This document shows positions 58,882-64,000 of a DNA stretch of 64,000 nucleotides, in pieces. The translations under genes and the position numbers were made by a program. The notes under the pieces are model-generated. The model did not search any database, was not told the origin of the DNA, and saw nothing but the letters and a program-made list of their open reading frames with translations. Within the stretch, counting starts at the first letter, position 1, and each line of letters opens with the position of its first letter. Origin of the DNA: Octopus vulgaris (taxonomy: Eukaryota). The stretch spans positions 35,650,001 to 35,714,000 of the forward strand of contig OX597818.1 of the NCBI GenBank assembly GCA_951406725.2. Reading direction: 5' to 3'.

Positions 58882-59700
58882 AAACATATATGATATTCGG
58901 AGGAATATCATCTTTTGTCTTTACTTATTTATAAGACCATTTTGCCAAAAACATTGTGGGATATAATTGTTTTCTTAGATAATGATAAAGGAAAAGAGAG
59001 AAGAAAAACATCAAGGTATAACAATAATTGCCGCAAGCCGATGAAGAAGCATTTACGGGACTTTCAACAAATGACAGCTAAACCATTCGGACAGCTTAAA
59101 GACGAAATGTTTATAAAGATGATACCTCTGATGATATTCCTGTCCCATCAAATTAGATCTCGGATATAAGCTGTAAAAGATTTATAAATGAGAAAATTAC
59201 TATTTGTAAATCTCATAACGAGAGATATTCAGCAACAATACTCTGGAGTAAGAGATTTCTCTTACATGTTTCGGTTACAGGAGTGTGACCACGCCAAGGT
59301 ACTGCTCAGAAGTGTTTGGTTGAACAAATCGATCTCGGGGCATATTTTAAAGTCTGTTACTTATTCTATCTGCCCCTTCTGGCGGATCGCTAAGTTATGG
59401 TTACATATAGAAGACAAAATTAGTTGTTCGGCGGTGAAAGAAGACAAATACATGAACACACAAAAATAAACATATAAGACGGGGTTTCAGTTTCACTCTA
59501 CCAAATCCACTCACAAGGCTTGGTTAGGCTCGGGACTATAGTAGTATACACTCACCCAAGAAAGAATCCGAAACTACATGGTTGCAAACTGAGCTTCTTA
59601 ACCACAGAGCCATGCTTGCCCTTATTGATGTATATATTTCTATGCACTGAGATAATTAAACTGTTATGTAACCATTAAAACTGATTAAACTGTCATACAA

Positions 59701-59731
<31 letters not shown>

Positions 59732-59734
<3 letters not shown>

Positions 59735-60108
59735 TCTTTTACTCTTTTACTGGAGCACCGCCTTTAATCGAGCAACTCGACCCCGGGACTTATTCTTTTG
59801 TAAGCCCAGTACTTATTCTATCGGTCTGTTTTGCCGAACCGCTAGATAACGGGGACATAAACACACCAGCATCGGTTGTCAAGCAATGCTAGGGGGACAA
59901 ACATAGACACACAAACAAACACACGCATATATATACATATATACGACGGGCTTCTTTCAGTTTCCGTCTACCAAATCCACTCACAAGGCTTTAGTCGGCC
60001 CGAGGCTATAGTAGAAGACACTTGTCCAAGGTGCCACGCAGTGAGACTGAACCCGGAACCATGTGGTCGGTAAACAAGCTACTTACCACACAGCCACTCC
60101 TGCGCCTA
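59732..60108 (-). mobile_element. SINE family C
   Basis: Homology to 34636-35041. An older copy lies at ~59250-59620. Confidence 0.85.
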
Positions 60109-60124
60109 TATATACATATATATA

Positions 60125-60507
60125 CTTTTCTTCTCCAGGCACAAGGGGCCCGAATGTTTTTGAGTGGGGGCAGTCGATTAGATCGACCCCAGGACTTATT
60201 CTTTGTAAGCCTAGTACTTAATTTATCGGTTTCTTTTGTCGAATAGCTAGGTTACGGGAACGTAAAAATACCACCATTGGTTGTCAAATAATGTTGGGGT
60301 GACAAACACAGACGAACAAGCATATACACACACATAAATATATACGACGGGCTTCTTTCAGTTTCTGTCTACCAAATCCACTCACAAGGCTTTGGTTGGG
60401 CCGAGGCTATAGTAGAAGACACTTGCGCAAGATGCCACGCAATGGGAATGAACCCGGAACCATGTGGTTGGTGAGCAAGCTATTTACCACAAAGCCACTC
60501 CTGCGCA
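60125..60507 (-). mobile_element. Chimeric SINE: family C head/body with family M tail B
   Basis: Switches at the shared TCGACCCC motif (60183-60190). Confidence 0.7.
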
Positions 60508-60606
<99 letters not shown>

Positions 60607-60617
60607 ATATCTATATC

Positions 60618-60650
<33 letters not shown>

Positions 60651-60661
60651 GGAGGGAGAGA

Positions 60662-60709
<48 letters not shown>

Positions 60710-60990
60710 ACCCCCAATAAATAATACATATTTGTCTTTTTGAAGGATTTGAACTTGGAATTGCCTATTTAGTATGTCAATTACGACATTCGCTAAGGAG
60801 AAAGCAAACACTTTGAAAAATGTATCAAGTAACAATGGGTACATTGCCAAATTTGTAAATGAATTATACAGTATGTTATTTCAACGAAACAATAAATAAC
60901 ACCGCCGCTGCCAAAACCATCACGACTTGCGTGGTACAATAAATACAACTGTCGCTCCGACCATCATTACTACTACTACTACTACTACTG

Positions 60991-61040
<50 letters not shown>

Positions 61041-61164
61041 GCTGCTGCCACTATGCGTCCCTGTATTATAATCAATATCATGCGTGTACCTCCCGCATTC
61101 ACTTCAACCATAAACATCCCCAACACCACTACCTCTACCATCATAAAGACGTCAAGACAACCAT

Positions 61165-61200
<36 letters not shown>

Positions 61201-61204
61201 ATAC

Positions 61205-61600
61205 AATAGTCACCACAACCATTACAGACAGATCAGTCAGAGGTGTGTTCCGAAGGCTCTGCCGCAAGCCGGGCGTTGATGGGCTGCCGGGAATGCAAAG
61301 AGTTGACTCTAGACTTTCGCCGCTCACGTTTTCTTTGTGCCCACGCGATCCTGCTATGTTTGTATGAGGTGGTACCTCTGTTGGTGCGGCTGCGCCAGGC
61401 ACGGTAGTCCTGTGCTTGCATTTCCCAGGTGTCAGGGTTGATCTGAAAGCACTTCAGTGAGGCTTTTAGTGTTTTTTTTTACTGTCCAATTTGTGTGCGC
61501 TTTCCTTCTTGCCATTTCGCTGTAAAACAGTCTTTGGGGAAATTGTGTGTCAGGCATTCAAACAAGGTGATCTGCTCACCTAACCTGCGCTCTCCTCAAC
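61205..61600 (-). pseudogene. RTE-clade LINE 3' fragment
   Basis: Minus strand: AQVR*ADHLV*MPDTQFPQRLFYSE (cf. QLRWAGHVVRMPD.RLPK.LFYGE), ASLKCFQINPDTWEMQAQDYRAWRS, AQRKRERRK, and frameshifted PACGRAF. Confidence 0.8.
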
Positions 61601-62837
61601 GTTGTGTAAAATAATACTCATTAATTGAAACCAGAAGGATGAAAGGCAAATTTGACTCCTGTGGGATTTGAACTTAGGGCAGAATGAATCAGAATAGTAA
61701 CCTAAAGGCGCTTGTTCGACGCACTAATGAATTTACCACTAGAACACCCTATTTCTGTCAATATAAAATACAATAAATTACAGACCCAAATTTTATGTTG
61801 AATTCTTAGCTTAAAAGCGGACGAAAGAATTCTGTAGAAATTACTCAAATAAAATGTAAATTCTACTAGCACTAATCATAAATTCGAATGAGTTATATTT
61901 TATAAAGTCTCAAAATTAAGATAACTATGCTATGCTTATTTATTCTCAATAGTTCCGGCTGTCTCGAACGTAAATATGCTAATCGCTGTTGTCTTTCATC
62001 ATAAGAGGATAACTACTATTTGCGCCGAATTTGTGCTCATAACACACTCGATTCGTTAGCACGGTATTTCGATATCATTGTATTTCGTCAGCCAGGAGTA
62101 GCCCGGATTAAGGAATCTAAAAAGTGACAAAGCTCTTGTTTATAACTTCAGCGAACCACCTGCTTTTTGATCTACGCTAAGTAAAAATACACCAGAACTA
62201 AACCAACAGCAATACGACTGAAACATTATAAAATATTATTTTCTACTCTAGGCACAAGGGCTGAAATTTTTTGAGAGGGAGCCAATCGATCAGATCGACC
62301 CCAGTACGCAATTGGTACTTAATTTATCAACCCCGAAAGGATGAAAGGCAAAATCGACCTCGGCGGAATTTGAACTCAGAACATAAATACTAACATTTTT
62401 TAGTATTATTGTTATTTTTTCTTTGCATATTTAGATATAAATTATGCGACGTTATTTTTCGGATATAACAGGGTGATTTCTTTAGTAACACCTTGGACAA
62501 TGATTTCAAACATTTTTATGCACAAGCAGAAGTAGCAGTGCAATAAGTAATGTCCTTCAAGAAACCTTTCTTTACTTGAGAAAAGCTTTTCTTCGGATGA
62601 AAATGCATTCAAGGGAAAAATGTTTTTGTAGTTCGGAGGAAGAGAAGATGGCCTAAGCCTGAGTAAATACTTGTTGATTTTCACATTTCGAAGCCTACAG
62701 TAGAATGGATCTTAAAGAACGACTGTAACCGGAAAAAGAAAAGCGGAAGGAAAATCACTTGGGTAGAAAACTCAAAGGCGAATGAAACTGACCGTGTCCT
62801 GAATTGGGGAAGCTGGAGAAAGGTTACGACACGGAAG

Positions 62838-63540
62838 GTGAAGCACAAATGTGAAATACATGTAAATGTTCGAAAAGTTCAAAGGATGCTGAAGGAAATT
62901 GGATACAAGTATGGAACGGCCAAGGGGGAAATTCATTTAAGCAAAAACAAAAAAATAAAAACAAACAAGGCAAGATTAAACTGCACAAAATTATGGTTAA
63001 CTACTGTTGATTTTACCAAAGTAATTTTTACTGACAGATGGTACCCTTGGTCAAGGAAAGGTGAACCAATGATGCTGAAGAAAATGCAGATTGGCAGCGG
63101 TGAACTAATAGTATGGGCATGCTCTTTCCAAATGGATAATTTTGGTTAGAGTAACCGAAAGGAAGGCAGAATAATATGAGTTACATCCAGCTGTTGCTAA
63201 CGACAGCCTTGCCTTGTATTAGAAAAGAAATGAGAGATAATTTTATCCTCCAAGAGTATAACTGTAGAATTCTCTTGTCAAAAATAGTCAAGGAATGGAT
63301 GCAAAACATGAAAATAAGTCTACTGGAATGGCCGGCGAGAAGTCCAGGTTTGAACATAATTGAAAATATATGGGACATGTTAGCATGTGTATGACGGACC
63401 AAGAGTGACAAGTGAAGCAGAAGTATGGAAATGGGATTTAGGAAACAAAAAAGACAGAGATAAAAAAAAATGAAATGTTATAATTAACATGTTTGTCCTG
63501 TACAACGAACGAATAGTGCAAGTAATCCAAAAGAAAGTCG
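62838..63540 (+). pseudogene. Tc1-like (DD34E) transposase remnant
   Basis: KVQRMLKEIG; KARL; KVIFTD; GSGELIVWAC; FILQEYN (cf. FQQDN); LLEWPARSPGLNIIENIW (cf. WPAQSPDLNPIENLW). Contains frameshifts and stops. Confidence 0.8.
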
Positions 63541-63584
63541 AGTGTGAGGACTACAGAAGCTGAGAGGTACTGTTCGAAAAATGT

Positions 63585-63998
63585 TCTTTTTTACTATAGG
63601 CACAAGATCCGAAATTTTTGGGGAGGGGCCCAGTCGATTAGATCGACTCCAGTACGCAACTGGTACTTAGTTTATCGACCCCGAAAGGATGAAAGGCAAA
63701 GTCGACCTCGGTGGAATTTGAACTCAGAACGTAATGACAGAAGAAACACCGCTACGCATTTCGCCCGGCGTGCTATTCTTATTTCTTTAATGCCCACATA
63801 GAGGGTACAAACAAGGACAGACAAAGGGATTAAGTCGATTAGATTGCCCAGTGCGTAACTGGTACTTAATTTATCGGCCTCGCAAGGATGAAAGGCAAAG
63901 TCGACCTCGGTGGAATTTGAACTCAGAACGTAATGACTGAAGAAACACCGTTACACATTTCACCCGGCGTGCTAGCGATTCTGCCAGCTCGCCGCCTT
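63585..63998 (-). mobile_element. Two SINE M copies (tail B and tail A)
   Basis: Core and head homology. A partial copy also lies at 62238-62385. Confidence 0.8.
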
Positions 63999-64000
63999 AC

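Noticed and set aside
60927-61367. Thr-rich mucin-like ORF
   Set aside because: Arises from (ACT)n tracts plus the antisense strand of an RTE fragment.

Overview
AT-rich, microsatellite-laden, repeat-dense eukaryotic DNA with no credible host protein-coding exon. Nearly all listed ORFs are translations of (TA)n/(CA)n/(TATC)n tracts or SINEs. The SINE families and microsatellite load suggest an Octopus (cephalopod) intergenic or intronic region; this is an inference. Content: three tRNA-derived SINE families (called M, C and T here), non-autonomous Helitrons, nested hAT/pogo MITEs, a frameshifted piggyBac transposase, and Tc1, Gypsy, RTE, L1/Tx1 and CR1-like remnants. Several 1.3-1.5 kb-offset tandem duplications at 51.5-58.9 kb look like assembly artefacts. 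The most interesting signal is at least four unrelated short elements carrying minimal type I hammerhead ribozyme (HHR) motifs with palindromic, loopless stem III, as in Penelope-like element pLTRs and retrozymes. Three of the four are fold-back pairs. They include (i) a ~316-bp-arm perfect palindrome whose HHR has the compensatory U3-A8 core, (ii) a tRNA-headed, TSD-flanked HHR SINE-like element, and (iii) a three-copy family with an A6U core, variable N7 and covarying stem I. Family names come from motif recognition only; no database search was run.
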